Shown: in pieces, positions 1-10,428 of the stretch
How positions within the stretch are numbered: position 1 is the first letter of the stretch
Layout: the number at the start of each line of letters is the position of its first letter
From: Alphaproteobacteria bacterium
GTDB lineage: Bacteria; Pseudomonadota; Alphaproteobacteria; UBA828
Reading direction: 5' to 3'
DNA: 64,000 nucleotides
NCBI GenBank assembly: GCA_965237415.1
Contig: CBDEFM010000002.1
Span: 3,168,001-3,232,000, forward strand
The notes under the pieces: model-generated
What the model was told of the DNA's origin: nothing
Database searches by the model: none
The model's input: only the letters and a program-made list of their open reading frames with translations
Translations under genes and position numbers: made by a program

Positions 1-1
1 C

Positions 2-712
2 CTATTCGTTGCTGAAGGCCTCGAGGCCGTCGAGATAGGCGAGGACGCGTTCCACCGGCTCGACGTCGCCGAACTTGGCGTCGATGTCGAACAGATTCCA
101 TTCGACAACGCCCGGCACCCGGTCGCCGACGCCTTCGCGCACGACGATGGGGCGGAAGCCCTCGGCGATCGCGTCTTCGGCGGAGTGGCGCACGCACCCC
201 GCCATGGTGACGCCCGTGATGATCACCGTGTCGACCCGCTGGGCGCGGAGATAGCCTGCGAGGTACGTGCCGTGAAACGCGCTTGCGCGCTTCTTCACGA
301 TCACCTGCTCGCCGCGGCCCGGCATCGGCGCGATACGCTCGTCGATCTCCGCTTCCGGCGAGCCTTCGCGCAGCGTCTCGACCGGGATCTTCATGTGCCA
401 GAGCCCGGTGTCGGAGCGCGGCCCGGTCGGGTCCTGATAGGCCGTCGTCGTGTAGATCACAGGAATATTCTTCTCCCGCGCGGCGGCCAGAAGCTGCTGA
501 TTCGCGGGGATGATGACGTCCATGTTGTCGCAGGTGAAGTTGTGGCCCGGCTTGGTCCACGCGTTGGCGAGGTCGATGATCAGCAGCGCCGGCCTGGTCC
601 CGAACCCGATGCGGCGCTGGAATCCTCGCGTCTGGTAAATCTCGGAATCGGCAGCGAAGATCGTCTCCAATGCCCGCCTGACTTCCTCGTCGCGCGAAAG
701 CTCCGCCGTCAT
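2..712 (-). CDS. Isochorismatase-family cysteine hydrolase (N-carbamoylsarcosine amidase / maleamate amidohydrolase-like)
   Basis: Asp-Lys-Cys triad motifs IIDLANAWT, KKRASAFHGT and AGCVRHSAEDA; GGAGGA SD upstream of ATG at 712. Confidence 0.85.
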   Translation of the reverse strand: MTAELSRDEEVRRALETIFAADSEIYQTRGFQRRIGFGTRPALLIIDLANAWTKPGHNFTCDNMDVIIPANQQLLAAAREKNIPVIYTTTAYQDPTGPRSDTGLWHMKIPVETLREGSPEAEIDERIAPMPGRGEQVIVKKRASAFHGTYLAGYLRAQRVDTVIITGVTMAGCVRHSAEDAIAEGFRPIVVREGVGDRVPGVVEWNLFDIDAKFGDVEPVERVLAYLDGLEAFSNE

Positions 713-809
713 CCTAAGTCCTCCCGCCAAGGATCGTTGCCGAGTGTAGCGGGCGGCCCGGCCCACCGCCAGCCGCCTTCCGTGGCTTGAGCAAACGGAA
801 TCAAGACGG

Positions 810-839
810 TTGACCCTGCCGGTTCGCGGCGCCTAATTG
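810..839 (+). promoter_or_regulatory. Putative sigma70 promoter of tRNA-Cys
   Basis: TTGACC at 810, then an AT-rich -10-like hexamer (CTAATT/TAATTG) at 17-18 nt spacing, about 30 nt before the tRNA. Confidence 0.4.
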
Positions 840-866
840 AGGAGCGGACGCCGATATGCGCCCAGG

Positions 867-940
867 GGCCGGGTGGCAGAGTGGCTATGCAGCGGACTGC
901 AAATCCGTGTACGCCGGTTCGATTCCGGCCTCGGCCTCCA
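867..940 (+). tRNA. tRNA-Cys (GCA)
   Basis: 74 nt; acceptor stem GGCCGGG/CTCGGCC, anticodon arm GCGGA-CTGCAAA-TCCGT, T-loop GGTTCGATTCC, encoded 3' CCA with U discriminator. Confidence 0.97.
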
Positions 941-1119
941 GCTCTTCCCCGATCCAGAGAGCGCTCGCCGTCCGGCGCCGCTCCAGCGTGAGGGCGAATC
1001 ACCACGGCTGACGAGAGCTGAGACGCAACGCGCCTTAGGCAGCCGCTCCCGATTCTGCTGCGATGCGTGTGCGCCTCGTGGTACAACGTGGCTATTCATG
1101 TTCAAAGGGGGCAGCCGGC

Positions 1120-1653
1120 ATGAGGCGGTCGCACATCGGTAAGGGGATGCTTGCCTGCGTCCTCCTCTTGGCTCTGGCGGGGGCCGGCTGTGAGAACTCG
1201 GGACCGGTGACTCCTCCGGAGCATACCAAGGATCCCCGCTGGCGCGGCGCACAGCAGGTGAAAGGCAGCATATTCGGCTCCGGCGGCATCACGCTGTTTG
1301 GCGGCGAGGAAGAGGGGGCCGCAGCCGTCGGCATCGGCGTCAACGCCTTCCTCTGGCGCGCGACCCTCGACACCATCTCGTTCATGCCGCTGCTCTCGGC
1401 CGATCCCTTCGGCGGCGTGATTATTACCGACTGGTACGCGCCGCCCGAGACTCCCGACGAGCGCTTCAAGATGACCGTCTATATCCTGACAAGAACGCTG
1501 CGCTCGGACGGCGTGCAGGTCTCCGTATTTCGCCAGGGACGCGGCGATGACGGCCTGTGGGAGGACCGCGCGACTAACCCCGACACCGCCGTCAGCCTGG
1601 AAGACAAGATTCTCGACCGCGCCAGGCAGATACGCACCGCGTCGCTCCAGTAA
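1120..1653 (+). CDS. DUF3576-family lipoprotein
   Basis: Lipobox-like LAGAGC; GVNAFLWRATLDTISFMPLLSADPFGGVIITDWY motif; usual position upstream of leuS. Confidence 0.85.
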   Translation: MRRSHIGKGMLACVLLLALAGAGCENSGPVTPPEHTKDPRWRGAQQVKGSIFGSGGITLFGGEEEGAAAVGIGVNAFLWRATLDTISFMPLLSADPFGGVIITDWYAPPETPDERFKMTVYILTRTLRSDGVQVSVFRQGRGDDGLWEDRATNPDTAVSLEDKILDRARQIRTASLQ

Positions 1654-1768
1654 TAGGGGGTTCAGCGCCCAGCCGCCGTCCGCGCAGTGCGGCTGCGCTG
1701 TCTTGCCTGCCATGCTATAGGGACGCCGCTCTCCGGCACCGGCCGGATTTTGGGAGCGAGCGGGGCCG

Positions 1769-4336
1769 ATGAGTGAGCGTTACGACGCGCAGGCGGTCGA
1801 GGCCAAGTGGCAGGCCGCCTGGGAGGATGCGGGGCTGTTCCGGGCGGGGCGCACTGATGGACGCCCGACTTACTACGTCCTGGAGATGTTCCCGTATCCC
1901 TCGGGCCGCATCCACATGGGCCACGTGCGCAACTACACGATGGGCGACGTCGTCGCGCGCTACAAGCGGGCGAGGGGGTTCGACGTGCTCCATCCCATGG
2001 GCTGGGATGCCTTCGGCCTACCGGCGGAGAACGCGGCGTTCGAGCGCGGCGTCCATCCTGCCGAGTGGACCTACGCGAACATCGCGACGATGCGCGGGCA
2101 ACTGCGGCTGATGGGGCTCTCGATCGATTGGGAGCGCGAGTTCGCCACCTGCCACCCCGGCTATTACGCGCATCAGCAGGCATTGTTCCTCGACTTCTTC
2201 GAGGCCGGATTGGTCGAGCGGAAGGAGGCGTGGGTCAACTGGGATCCCGTCGACCGCACGGTGCTCGCCAACGAGCAGGTCGTGGACGGGCGCGGCTGGC
2301 GCTCAGGTGCGCTGATCGAGAAGCGCAGGCTCGCGCAATGGTTCTTCCGCATCACCCGCTTCGCCGACGAGCTGCTGGAAGCGCTGGAGGAGTTGCCGCG
2401 CTGGCCCGACAAGGTGCGGCTCATGCAACGCAACTGGATCGGGCGCTCCGAGGGCGCGCGGATCCTGTTCCCTATCGAGGGGCGCGACGAGGCGCTGGAG
2501 GTCTTCACCACCCGTCCCGATACGCTGTTCGGTGCATCCTTCTGTGCGCTCTCGCCCAATCACCCGTTGGCGATATCGCTCGCCGAATCCGATTCCGCGC
2601 TCGCGGCGTTCATCGCCGAGTGCAACCTGGCTGGCGTCGGCGAGCGCGACATCGAGGCGGCAGGCAAGCGCGGCTTCGATACGGGAGTCAGGGTCCGGCA
2701 TCCGTTTGCCGCCGGCCGCACGCTGCCGCTCTATGTCGCCAACTTCGTGCTCATGGACTATGGCACCGGCGCGATCTTCGGTTGTCCCGCCCACGACCAG
2801 CGCGATCTCGATTTCGCCCGCGGCCAGGGCCTGCCCGTCATTCCCGTGGTCTGCCCGCCGGGCGCGGATGCGCACGCAGTCGAGATCGGCGATGAGGCCT
2901 ACGTCGGCGACGGCACGGCGATCAATTCCGACTTCCTGAACGGGCTCCCGGTCGCAGAGGCCAAGGTGCGCGCGATCGCTGCGCTTGCCGAGCGCGATGC
3001 CGGCGGCAGCGCCGTCAGCTACCGCCTGCGCGATTGGTTGATTTCGCGGCAGCGCTATTGGGGCTGCCCGATCCCGGTGGTCCATTGCACAGCGTGCGGC
3101 GTGGTGCCCGTACCGCGCGACGCGCTTCCCGTGCGCCTGCCGGAGGACGTGACCTTCGACTCGCCCGGCAACCCCCTCGACCGCCATCCCGACTGGAAGC
3201 ACACCACGTGCCCGCGTTGCGGCGCCACCGCGGTGCGGGACACCGATACGATGGACACGTTCGTCGATTCCTCCTGGTACTTCGCGCGCTTCTGCGCGGC
3301 CCGCGCCGATGAGCCGCTGCCGGCAAGGGAGGTCGCGCCGTGGCTGCCGGTCGATCAGTACATCGGCGGCATCGAGCACGCGGTGCTGCACCTGCTCTAT
3401 TCCCGCTTCTTTACCAAGGCGCTCAAGCTCTGCGGCCACGTCGACATCGAAGAGCCCTTCGCCGGCCTCTTCACCCAGGGCATGGTGTGCCACGAAACCT
3501 ACCGCGACGCCGACGGGCGCTGGTACTACCCCGACGAGGTCGAGACCCGTACCGACGGACTGGTGGCGCGCGAGGATGGGCGCCCGATCGCCATCGGCCG
3601 GTCGGAGGCGATGAGCAAGTCCAAGCGCAACACCGTCGATCCCGAGGCGATAATCGAGGCCTACGGCGCCGACACGGCGCGGCTCTTCATGCTCTCCGAC
3701 AGCCCGCCGGAGCGCGACCTGGAATGGACCGATACCGGCGTCAAGGGTGCGTGGCGCTACGTCGCGGCGCTCTGGCGCCTGGTCCTGTCGCCGCCCGTCG
3801 CGCTCCCGCCCCGCGACGTTGCGGCGCCGGCCCACGACACGCTGGCCACCCCCCTGCGCGGGGTGCGGAGGACCATCCACAAGACCATCGCCGGCGTGAC
3901 CGAGGATTTGGAGCGCTTTCGCTTCAACCGCGCGGTGGCGCGGGTGCGAGAGATGACGAATACGCTCTCGGCCATGGAGGACGTGCCCGGCGCGGGCCAC
4001 GTCATGCGGGAGGGCCTGGAGACGGCCATTCGCCTGTTGGGCCCGGTCGTGCCGCATCTGGCCGAGGAGGCTTGGCGCCGTCTCGGTCATGACAGCTGGC
4101 TGGCCCGCGAGCCGTGGCCGGAGCCGGACCCCGCGCTGCTCGCCGACGACATCGTGGTCATCGCCGTGCAGGTGGACGGCAAGAAACGCGCAACGATCTC
4201 GCTTCCGGCCGATCACGGCAAGGCGGAAGCAGAGAGCGCAGCGATGGCGGACGGCGGGGTGCGCCGGGCGCTTGCAGGCCGGGACGTGCGCAAGGTGATC
4301 GTTGTGCCCGGGCGGATCGTGAATGTCGTCACCTGA
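1769..4336 (+). CDS. leuS: Leucine--tRNA ligase
   Basis: [13 protein letters not shown] (HIGH), AMSKSK (KMSKS-like), FTTRPDT and GCPAHDQRD editing-domain motifs; 855 aa. Confidence 0.98.
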   Translation: MSERYDAQAVEAKWQAAWEDAGLFRAGRTDGRPTYYVLEMFPYPSGRIHMGHVRNYTMGDVVARYKRARGFDVLHPMGWDAFGLPAENAAFERGVHPAEWTYANIATMRGQLRLMGLSIDWEREFATCHPGYYAHQQALFLDFFEAGLVERKEAWVNWDPVDRTVLANEQVVDGRGWRSGALIEKRRLAQWFFRITRFADELLEALEELPRWPDKVRLMQRNWIGRSEGARILFPIEGRDEALEVFTTRPDTLFGASFCALSPNHPLAISLAESDSALAAFIAECNLAGVGERDIEAAGKRGFDTGVRVRHPFAAGRTLPLYVANFVLMDYGTGAIFGCPAHDQRDLDFARGQGLPVIPVVCPPGADAHAVEIGDEAYVGDGTAINSDFLNGLPVAEAKVRAIAALAERDAGGSAVSYRLRDWLISRQRYWGCPIPVVHCTACGVVPVPRDALPVRLPEDVTFDSPGNPLDRHPDWKHTTCPRCGATAVRDTDTMDTFVDSSWYFARFCAARADEPLPAREVAPWLPVDQYIGGIEHAVLHLLYSRFFTKALKLCGHVDIEEPFAGLFTQGMVCHETYRDADGRWYYPDEVETRTDGLVAREDGRPIAIGRSEAMSKSKRNTVDPEAIIEAYGADTARLFMLSDSPPERDLEWTDTGVKGAWRYVAALWRLVLSPPVALPPRDVAAPAHDTLATPLRGVRRTIHKTIAGVTEDLERFRFNRAVARVREMTNTLSAMEDVPGAGHVMREGLETAIRLLGPVVPHLAEEAWRRLGHDSWLAREPWPEPDPALLADDIVVIAVQVDGKKRATISLPADHGKAEAESAAMADGGVRRALAGRDVRKVIVVPGRIVNVVT

Positions 4337-4862
4337 TCGGCCGCTCTCACGGCTCACTGCCCGCCTCCGGCGCGGGCCGATCCCCGCCCTCGCTCTCGTT
4401 CTTGCTCTCGTCATTCTCGGTGCCTGCGCTGTCGAGCCGCTCTACGGCACGCGTAGCGGAAAGGCGCGGGGCGGCGGTGTGGCGGCGATCGAGATCGTGC
4501 CGGTCAAGGACCGGGTCGGCCATATCGTCCGCAACCGCTTGATCGACAGCCTCACTCCCAAGGGACAGCCGACGCATCCCGACTACCGCCTGACCCTCTC
4601 GGTGAAGCAGAGCAAGACGCCACTCCTGATCCAGCTCGATGACAACGCGACCCGATTCAATCTGACGCTGCGCGCCGAGTTCTCGCTGGCCGACCGGAAC
4701 GGGGCGGTGGTCTACAGGGATAATGTGAGAGCGACCGGCAGCTTCAACGTCGTCGACTCAGGGTTCGCCACCGTGGCTGCCGAGCGGGACGCTGCGGAAG
4801 AGGCTGCGCGGGTGCTGAGCGAGGACATCCTCACGCTGATTCTCCTCTATCTCCGTCGATGA
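4323..4862 (+). CDS. lptE: LPS assembly lipoprotein LptE
   Basis: Lipobox LGAC followed by EPLYG; lies between leuS and holA. Confidence 0.85.
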   Translation: MSSPDRPLSRLTARLRRGPIPALALVLALVILGACAVEPLYGTRSGKARGGGVAAIEIVPVKDRVGHIVRNRLIDSLTPKGQPTHPDYRLTLSVKQSKTPLLIQLDDNATRFNLTLRAEFSLADRNGAVVYRDNVRATGSFNVVDSGFATVAAERDAAEEAARVLSEDILTLILLYLRR

Positions 4863-4899
4863 GGCGCCGGCGATCTTCCGATCCGACGGCCGGTAAGCC

Positions 4900-5940
4900 A
4901 TGAAGATCGCGCCGGCGCGGGCCGATCGGTTCTGCGCTGCCCCGGACGCGGGCGTCCGGCTGGTCCTGATCTACGGTTCCAACGAAGGCCTGGTGCGGGC
5001 GCGCGCCGAAGCCTGTGTGCGCGCCGTGGCGGAGGATCCGGACGATCCCTTTCGCGTCACCAGCCTGGATCCGGCGCTGCTCCGCGACGAGCCGGGCAGG
5101 CTCGCCGATGAGGCGGCGGCGCTCTCGCTCACCGGCGGCAGGCGCGCGGTCCGCCTGCGTGGGGTGACCGAGGCGGCGGTTCCGGCGGTCCGTTCTTGCC
5201 TCGCACTGCCCACCGTGGAGAGTTTGGTGGTCGCAGAAGCTGGCCCGCTCACCCCGCGTTCGGGGCTCAGGCGCCTATGCGAGCACGAACAAAGCCTCGC
5301 CGCCATCCCCTGCTACGATGAGAGCACCGAGGGCGCCCGGGCGTTGATCGAGGCTTTCTGCAGGCAGCGAAATTTATCGGTCGCGCCGGAGACCATCGCC
5401 TGGCTTGCCGAGCGCCTGGGCAGCGACCGCCGCCAGATCGAGAGCGAGGTCGAGAAGCTCGCGGTCTATCTCGGCGATTCGGGGCCCGAGGGCGGCGTGC
5501 TCACGATGGAGGTCGCGGAGGCGTGCGTCGGCGATGCGGCCGAGGCGTCCGCCGACGCGGTCGCGCGGCTGGCCGTATCCGGCGACCTTGAAAGGCTCGA
5601 CCGGGCGCTGGCGCGGGCGCTCTATGGTGGCGTTCAACCGATCGCCATGCTTCGCGCTGCTGCCCGGCGCCTCGCCCGCCTCCACCTCGCGACCGGTGCG
5701 CTGGAAGGAGGTGCCAGCCGGGGGGATGCGATGGGCGCCCTCAAGCCGCCCGTCTACCCCAGAGAACGAGCCGCGTTCGCCCAGGAGATGACACGCTGGC
5801 CGAGCGCGCGCGCGGCCCGCGCACTTGGGCTGCTCACCGGCGCGGAGCGCGACTGCAAGGTCTCCGGCGGCGCGCCTGCGGCGATATGCTCGCAGGCGCT
5901 GCTACGCGTCGCGCGGGCGGCCCGTAGGGAGCGCGTCTGA
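4900..5940 (+). CDS. holA: DNA polymerase III delta subunit
   Basis: LIYGSNEGLV, DDPF, AIPCY and EVEKLAVY motifs; leuS-lptE-holA synteny. Confidence 0.92.
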   Translation: MKIAPARADRFCAAPDAGVRLVLIYGSNEGLVRARAEACVRAVAEDPDDPFRVTSLDPALLRDEPGRLADEAAALSLTGGRRAVRLRGVTEAAVPAVRSCLALPTVESLVVAEAGPLTPRSGLRRLCEHEQSLAAIPCYDESTEGARALIEAFCRQRNLSVAPETIAWLAERLGSDRRQIESEVEKLAVYLGDSGPEGGVLTMEVAEACVGDAAEASADAVARLAVSGDLERLDRALARALYGGVQPIAMLRAAARRLARLHLATGALEGGASRGDAMGALKPPVYPRERAAFAQEMTRWPSARAARALGLLTGAERDCKVSGGAPAAICSQALLRVARAARRERV

Positions 5941-5958
5941 GGGCAGCCTCCGAGCAGC

Positions 5959-6372
5959 TCAGGCCGCGATGCCGGCCAGCGTGCAGATACGCCGCCACTC
6001 GGCGTCGGACACCGGACTCACCGAAAGCCGCGACTGACGTAGAAGCTGCATGTCGCTCAGCGCCGGGTCTTCCTTGATCTGTTTCAGCGTGACCGGCTGC
6101 CCCACCGGGACCACGGCCTTGACGTCGACCATGCCGAAGCGCCCGGACGAGTCGGTCGGGTCCGGGTAATGCTCCTTCACCACCTCGACGACGCCGACGA
6201 TCTCCTTCGCATTGACCGAGTGGTAGAAGAAGCAGCGGTCGCCCTCCTTCATGGCCTTCATGTTGTTATTCGCCTGATGATTGCGCACGCCGTCCCACTC
6301 GGTGACGCTGTCGCGCACCTGATCGTCCCACGACCAAGATCCGGGTTCCGACTTCAAGAGCCAATAGGCCAT
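5959..6372 (-). CDS. EVE domain protein (thymocyte nuclear protein-like)
   Basis: MAYWLLKSEP, WDGVRNHQA, FFYHS, YPDPT and SRLSVSPV motifs. Confidence 0.93.
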   Translation of the reverse strand: MAYWLLKSEPGSWSWDDQVRDSVTEWDGVRNHQANNNMKAMKEGDRCFFYHSVNAKEIVGVVEVVKEHYPDPTDSSGRFGMVDVKAVVPVGQPVTLKQIKEDPALSDMQLLRQSRLSVSPVSDAEWRRICTLAGIAA

Positions 6373-6410
6373 TCCATCCCCTCCAAAGACCGCTTCGCTG
6401 CGCGTCCAGT

Positions 6411-6452
6411 CTAGCCCGGAATTCTCGCCGGGGTCATGGTCTGCGCGGCATC
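6411..6452 (+). repeat. Dispersed repeat copy 1 (IS/MITE-end-like, YTAGCCCGGAWTTCTCRCC)
   Basis: 33/42 identical to the reverse complement of 23158-23199; first 19 nt are 18/19 identical to 11841-11859. Confidence 0.75.
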
Positions 6453-6582
6453 GGGCCGGCTGGAGGCAGGCCAATGTCTTGATATCGGCGAACGATGCGC
6501 CCACACTATGTCCATTGCCGGGTAACGTGACTGGCCGGGGGCGCCCATGCGCGCGCCGCCGGCCGCGGGTGGGCGCGGGGCA

Positions 6583-6792
6583 ATGTCCTTCTTCGAGATG
6601 GGCGGCTATGCCGCTTATGTGTGGCCGGCCTTCGGCGCCGCGGCCGCAATCATGGTCGCGCTCCTCGTGCTGAGCATCCGCACCATGCGCGCGCGAGAGG
6701 CGGCGCTCAAGACCCTCGAGGCGAGCGCCCGGCGCCGGCGTGCTGCCGAAGGAGACGGTGACCGTGACGGGGAGCAGAACGCCCCGGCATGA
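6583..6792 (+). CDS. ccmD: Heme exporter protein CcmD
   Basis: MSFFEMGGYAAYVWPAFG signature; single TM helix; overlaps ccmE start. Confidence 0.93.
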   Translation: MSFFEMGGYAAYVWPAFGAAAAIMVALLVLSIRTMRAREAALKTLEASARRRRAAEGDGDRDGEQNAPA

Positions 6793-7232
6793 AGCGCAAG
6801 CACTGGCGGTTGGTCTTTCTGGGCGGGGGGCTCGGCGCGCTCGGCCTCGCTGCGGGCCTGGTGCTGACCGCACTCGACGACACGCTCGTCTTCTTCCATG
6901 ACCCGAGCACGCTCAAGGAACGGCAATTCTCTCCCGAGCAGCGGCTGCGCGTGGGCGGTCTGGTGGAGGAGAACAGCGTGGTGAGGGCCGACGACGGCTT
7001 GACGGTGCGGTTCACCGTCACCGACCTCGCCCATACCGTGCCCGTCACCTATCGCGGTATTCTGCCCGACCTGTTTCGCGAGGGGCAGGGGGTGGTGGCC
7101 GAGGGCTATCTGAAGGGCGGCACCTTCGAGGCCGACGAGGTGCTCGCCAAGCACGACGAGAACTACATGCCGCGCGAGGTGGCGGACGCGCTCAGGAAGT
7201 CCGGCAACTGGAAGGGCGAAGGCACCGAATGA
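6789..7232 (+). CDS. ccmE: Heme chaperone CcmE
   Basis: LRVGGLV, ILPDLFREGQGVVAEG and LAKHDENY motifs. Confidence 0.97.
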   Translation: MKRKHWRLVFLGGGLGALGLAAGLVLTALDDTLVFFHDPSTLKERQFSPEQRLRVGGLVEENSVVRADDGLTVRFTVTDLAHTVPVTYRGILPDLFREGQGVVAEGYLKGGTFEADEVLAKHDENYMPREVADALRKSGNWKGEGTE

Positions 7233-9223
7233 TCCCGGAGATCGGCCATTACGCCCTGATCCTCGCGCTGGCCATGGCGCTCGTGCAGGCCACAGCGGCG
7301 CCGCTCGGCGCAAGGTTCCGCGACGGCGCCCTGATGGCGCTGGCCCGGCCGGCTGCGGTGGCGCAGTTCGTCTTCATCTCGGCCGCGCTGGCCTGCCTGA
7401 TGCAGGCCTTCGTCGTCTCCGACTTCTCGGTCGTGACGGTCGCCGACAACTCCCACTCGGCCAAGCCGCTGCTCTACAAGTTCACCGGCACCTGGGGCAA
7501 TCACGAAGGCTCGATGCTGCTCTGGGTCTGGATTCTCGCGGTCTACGGCGCCGCCGTGGCGGCCTTCGGGCGCAACCTGCCGTCGGTGTTCCGGGCCTGG
7601 GTGCTGGCTGTGCAGGCCCTGATCGGTCTCGGCTTCCTGGTCTTCATTGTCGCCACCTCCAACCCCTTCCTCAGGCTCGACCCCGCGCCGTTCGACGGGC
7701 GCGACCTCAACCCGCTGCTGCAGGATCCCGGCCTCGCATTCCACCCGCCGCTGCTCTATCTCGGCTATGTCGGGCTTTCGACGGCGTTCTCCTTCGCCGT
7801 GGCGGCGCTGATCGAAGGCCGGGTGAACGCGGCCTGGGCGCGCTGGGTCAGGCCGTGGACGCTGCTCTCCTGGTGCGCGCTGACGGCGGGTATCGCGTTG
7901 GGTTCCTGGTGGGCCTATTACGAGCTCGGCTGGGGCGGGTACTGGTTCTGGGATCCGGTCGAGAACGCCTCCTTCATGCCCTGGCTGATGGCGACAGCGC
8001 TGCTGCACTCGTCCATCGTGGCGGAGAAGCGGGACAGCCTGAAGAGCTGGACCGTGCTGCTCGCGATCCTCGGCTTCTCGCTCAGCCTGCTGGGCACCTT
8101 CCTGGTGCGCTCCGGCGTGTTGACCTCGGTGCACAGCTTCGCCTCCGACCCGGCGCGCGGGGTCTACATCCTGATGTTCCTGGTGATCGTCGTCGGCGGC
8201 TCGCTCACGCTCTACGCCTGGCGCGCGCCGGGGATGCGGGCCGGCGGCTCGTTCCGCCCGTTCTCGCGCGAAGGCTCGCTCTTGGCCAACAATCTGCTGC
8301 TGGCCGTCGGCTGCGCCACGGTCTTCATCGGCACGCTCTATCCGCTGATTCTCGACGCCGTCGCCGGACAGAAGGTCTCGGTCGGCCCGCCCTTCTTCGA
8401 ATCGACCTTCGTGCCGCTGATGATCCCGCTCCTCCTGATGATGGCGGTAGGGCCGTTGATGGCCTGGAAGCGCGCCGGACCCGGCGCCGTGCTCCCGCGT
8501 CTTGCGATCTCGCTCGCCGCTGCCATCGCGGTGGCGGCGGCGGTCGCGGCGTCAGGCGGCGGGCCATGGGGCGCGGTGCTCGGCATGGCGCTCGCCGGCT
8601 GGGTGGTCGCGGGCGTGCTGACGGAGCTGGCCGAGCGCGTGCGGCTCTTCCGGGTTCCGCCCGGCGAGAGCATGCGCCGCGCCATCGGCCTGCCGCGCGC
8701 GGCCTGGGCGATGAGCATCGCCCATCTCGGCGTCGCGGTGCTGGTGGTCGGCACGGTGGGCGCCGGCAACTGGCAGTCTGAGCGGGAGCAGGTGATACGG
8801 CCGGGTGAGTCGCTCGCCCTTGCGGGCTACGATTTTCAGCTGCAGAGCATCGGCGACGTGCCCGGCCCCAACTATATTGCCCGGCGGGGCGAGGTCCGGG
8901 TCCTGCGGGACGGGGAGGAGGTCGCGCTCCTGCTGCCCGAGCGCCGCCACTATCCGGTCCAGGACACCTGGACCACCGAGGCCGCGATCCACACGACCTG
9001 GCTCAGCGATCTCTATGTCGTCGTCGGCGAGGATGCACCCGGCGGCGGCACGGCAATCCGCATCCATCACAACCCGCTCGTACCCTGGATCTGGATCGGC
9101 GCGTTGACCATGGTGGCGGGCGGCGCCGTCTCGCTCACCGACCGCCGCCACCGTGTCGGCGCACCCACCCGTCGCCGCCGGACGGCAGAGGCCACCGTCG
9201 CTTCTGTCGGTGCAAGCGACTGA
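7229..9223 (+). CDS. ccmF: Heme lyase CcmF
   Basis: WGGYWFWDPVENASFMPW (WWD motif), HPPLLYLGY, SVHSF. Confidence 0.98.
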   Translation: MIPEIGHYALILALAMALVQATAAPLGARFRDGALMALARPAAVAQFVFISAALACLMQAFVVSDFSVVTVADNSHSAKPLLYKFTGTWGNHEGSMLLWVWILAVYGAAVAAFGRNLPSVFRAWVLAVQALIGLGFLVFIVATSNPFLRLDPAPFDGRDLNPLLQDPGLAFHPPLLYLGYVGLSTAFSFAVAALIEGRVNAAWARWVRPWTLLSWCALTAGIALGSWWAYYELGWGGYWFWDPVENASFMPWLMATALLHSSIVAEKRDSLKSWTVLLAILGFSLSLLGTFLVRSGVLTSVHSFASDPARGVYILMFLVIVVGGSLTLYAWRAPGMRAGGSFRPFSREGSLLANNLLLAVGCATVFIGTLYPLILDAVAGQKVSVGPPFFESTFVPLMIPLLLMMAVGPLMAWKRAGPGAVLPRLAISLAAAIAVAAAVAASGGGPWGAVLGMALAGWVVAGVLTELAERVRLFRVPPGESMRRAIGLPRAAWAMSIAHLGVAVLVVGTVGAGNWQSEREQVIRPGESLALAGYDFQLQSIGDVPGPNYIARRGEVRVLRDGEEVALLLPERRHYPVQDTWTTEAAIHTTWLSDLYVVVGEDAPGGGTAIRIHHNPLVPWIWIGALTMVAGGAVSLTDRRHRVGAPTRRRRTAEATVASVGASD

Positions 9224-9323
9224 GGGACACGTGTTCGACTTAAGGCTACGTTTCGCATTGTCCCTAGGTCGAGGCCGCCGCCGGGGCGGGTCAACGAGAG
9301 ATACCGAGGACCGCGCTACCCAG

Positions 9324-9932
9324 GTGCCTACGCAGACGGTCACTCAAGCGCCTCTGGATGAGCATGCGGGGGATAAGCCGGTCTCCGCCGCCAGGCGGCT
9401 CCGCTATCTCCTGCCGGTGTTCCTCTTCGTCGCCCTGGCCGCCGCGCTCGGCGTTCAGTTGCTCACCGGCGATCCCGGCAAGGTGCCGTCCGCGCTGATA
9501 GACAAGCCGGTGCCCGAATTCGCCCTCCCGCCGGTTCAGGGCTTCGAGGAGGCGGGTGGGTTCGCGACCGCCGATCTGGGGAAAGGCAAGATCGCGCTCG
9601 TCAACATCTTCGCCTCCTGGTGCGGCCCATGCCGGGTCGAGCATCCGCTGCTCATGGTGCTCGCCGAGGCCGGGACGGTCCCCCTCTACGGCATTAACTA
9701 TAAAGACACGCCGGACGACGCCGAGCGCTGGCTGGGCCGTCTCGGCAATCCCTACACGCTCATGGGCGCCGATCTGGACGGCCGCACGGGCATCGAGTGG
9801 GGCGTCTACGGGGTGCCCGAAACCTTCGTGGTGGATGGCACCGGGCGCATCCGCCACCGCCATGTCGGGGTGCTGACGCCGCAGGACATCGACGACACGA
9901 TCCTGCCGCTGATCGAGGACCTGCGCGGATGA
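9324..9932 (+). CDS. ccmG: Thiol:disulfide interchange protein CcmG/DsbE (start codon uncertain)
   Basis: FASWCGPCRVEHP, GINYKD, GVYGVPETF; N-terminal membrane anchor. Confidence 0.92.
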   Translation: MPTQTVTQAPLDEHAGDKPVSAARRLRYLLPVFLFVALAAALGVQLLTGDPGKVPSALIDKPVPEFALPPVQGFEEAGGFATADLGKGKIALVNIFASWCGPCRVEHPLLMVLAEAGTVPLYGINYKDTPDDAERWLGRLGNPYTLMGADLDGRTGIEWGVYGVPETFVVDGTGRIRHRHVGVLTPQDIDDTILPLIEDLRG

Positions 9933-10417
9933 GGGCCGCGGCACGGGCCGTGCTGGGCGGATTCTTTGCGCTCTGGCTGGTGCTCGCGGCGGGCCCTGGC
10001 CTGGCCTTCTCGCCCGACGAGCCGCTCGCCGACCCGGCGCTCGAGGTGCGCGCCCGCACGCTCCATGAGGAGCTTCGCTGCCTGGTGTGCCAGGGCCAGT
10101 CGATCGCCAATTCCAACGCGGCGCTCGCTCAGGACATGCGTGCCATCGTCCGCGAGCGCCTCGCTGCCGGCGAGAGCGACGCGGACGTGCGGGGCTTCCT
10201 CACCGACCGCTATGGCGATTACGTCCTGCTCGACCCGCCGGTGAAGCCCGAGACCTATGCGCTCTGGTTCGGACCGGCGGCCGTTTTCGTCGCCGGCGCC
10301 GCTATCGCCTACGCCCTGTTGCGCCGCGCGAGGGCCAGTGCGCGCGGTGGGGGGGCAACGCCTCTCTCCGCCGAGGAGCGGCGGCGGCTCGACGCGCTCC
10401 TCGACGACGATTCATAA
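9929..10417 (+). CDS. ccmH: Cytochrome c biogenesis protein CcmH (CcmL/CycL)
   Basis: LRCLVCQGQSI and RYGDYVLLDPP motifs; ATGA overlap with ccmG. Confidence 0.95.
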   Translation: MRAAARAVLGGFFALWLVLAAGPGLAFSPDEPLADPALEVRARTLHEELRCLVCQGQSIANSNAALAQDMRAIVRERLAAGESDADVRGFLTDRYGDYVLLDPPVKPETYALWFGPAAVFVAGAAIAYALLRRARASARGGGATPLSAEERRRLDALLDDDS

Positions 10418-10428
10418 CCGAGCAGCCG

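Noticed and set aside
867-940. tRNA-Cys as an integration site for an island
   Set aside because: No duplicated tRNA 3' end or integrase is seen, and core genes follow directly.
2303-4414. Long antisense or alternative-frame ORFs (e.g. 2303-4414, 10309-12594, 30100-31752, 57333-59330)
   Set aside because: They are shadows of real genes in high-GC DNA, Arg/Ala/Gly-rich and without recognisable motifs.
5959-6372. EVE protein as part of a modification-dependent defence system
   Set aside because: It is a stand-alone, ordinary-length EVE protein with no nuclease, toxin or methylase neighbour.
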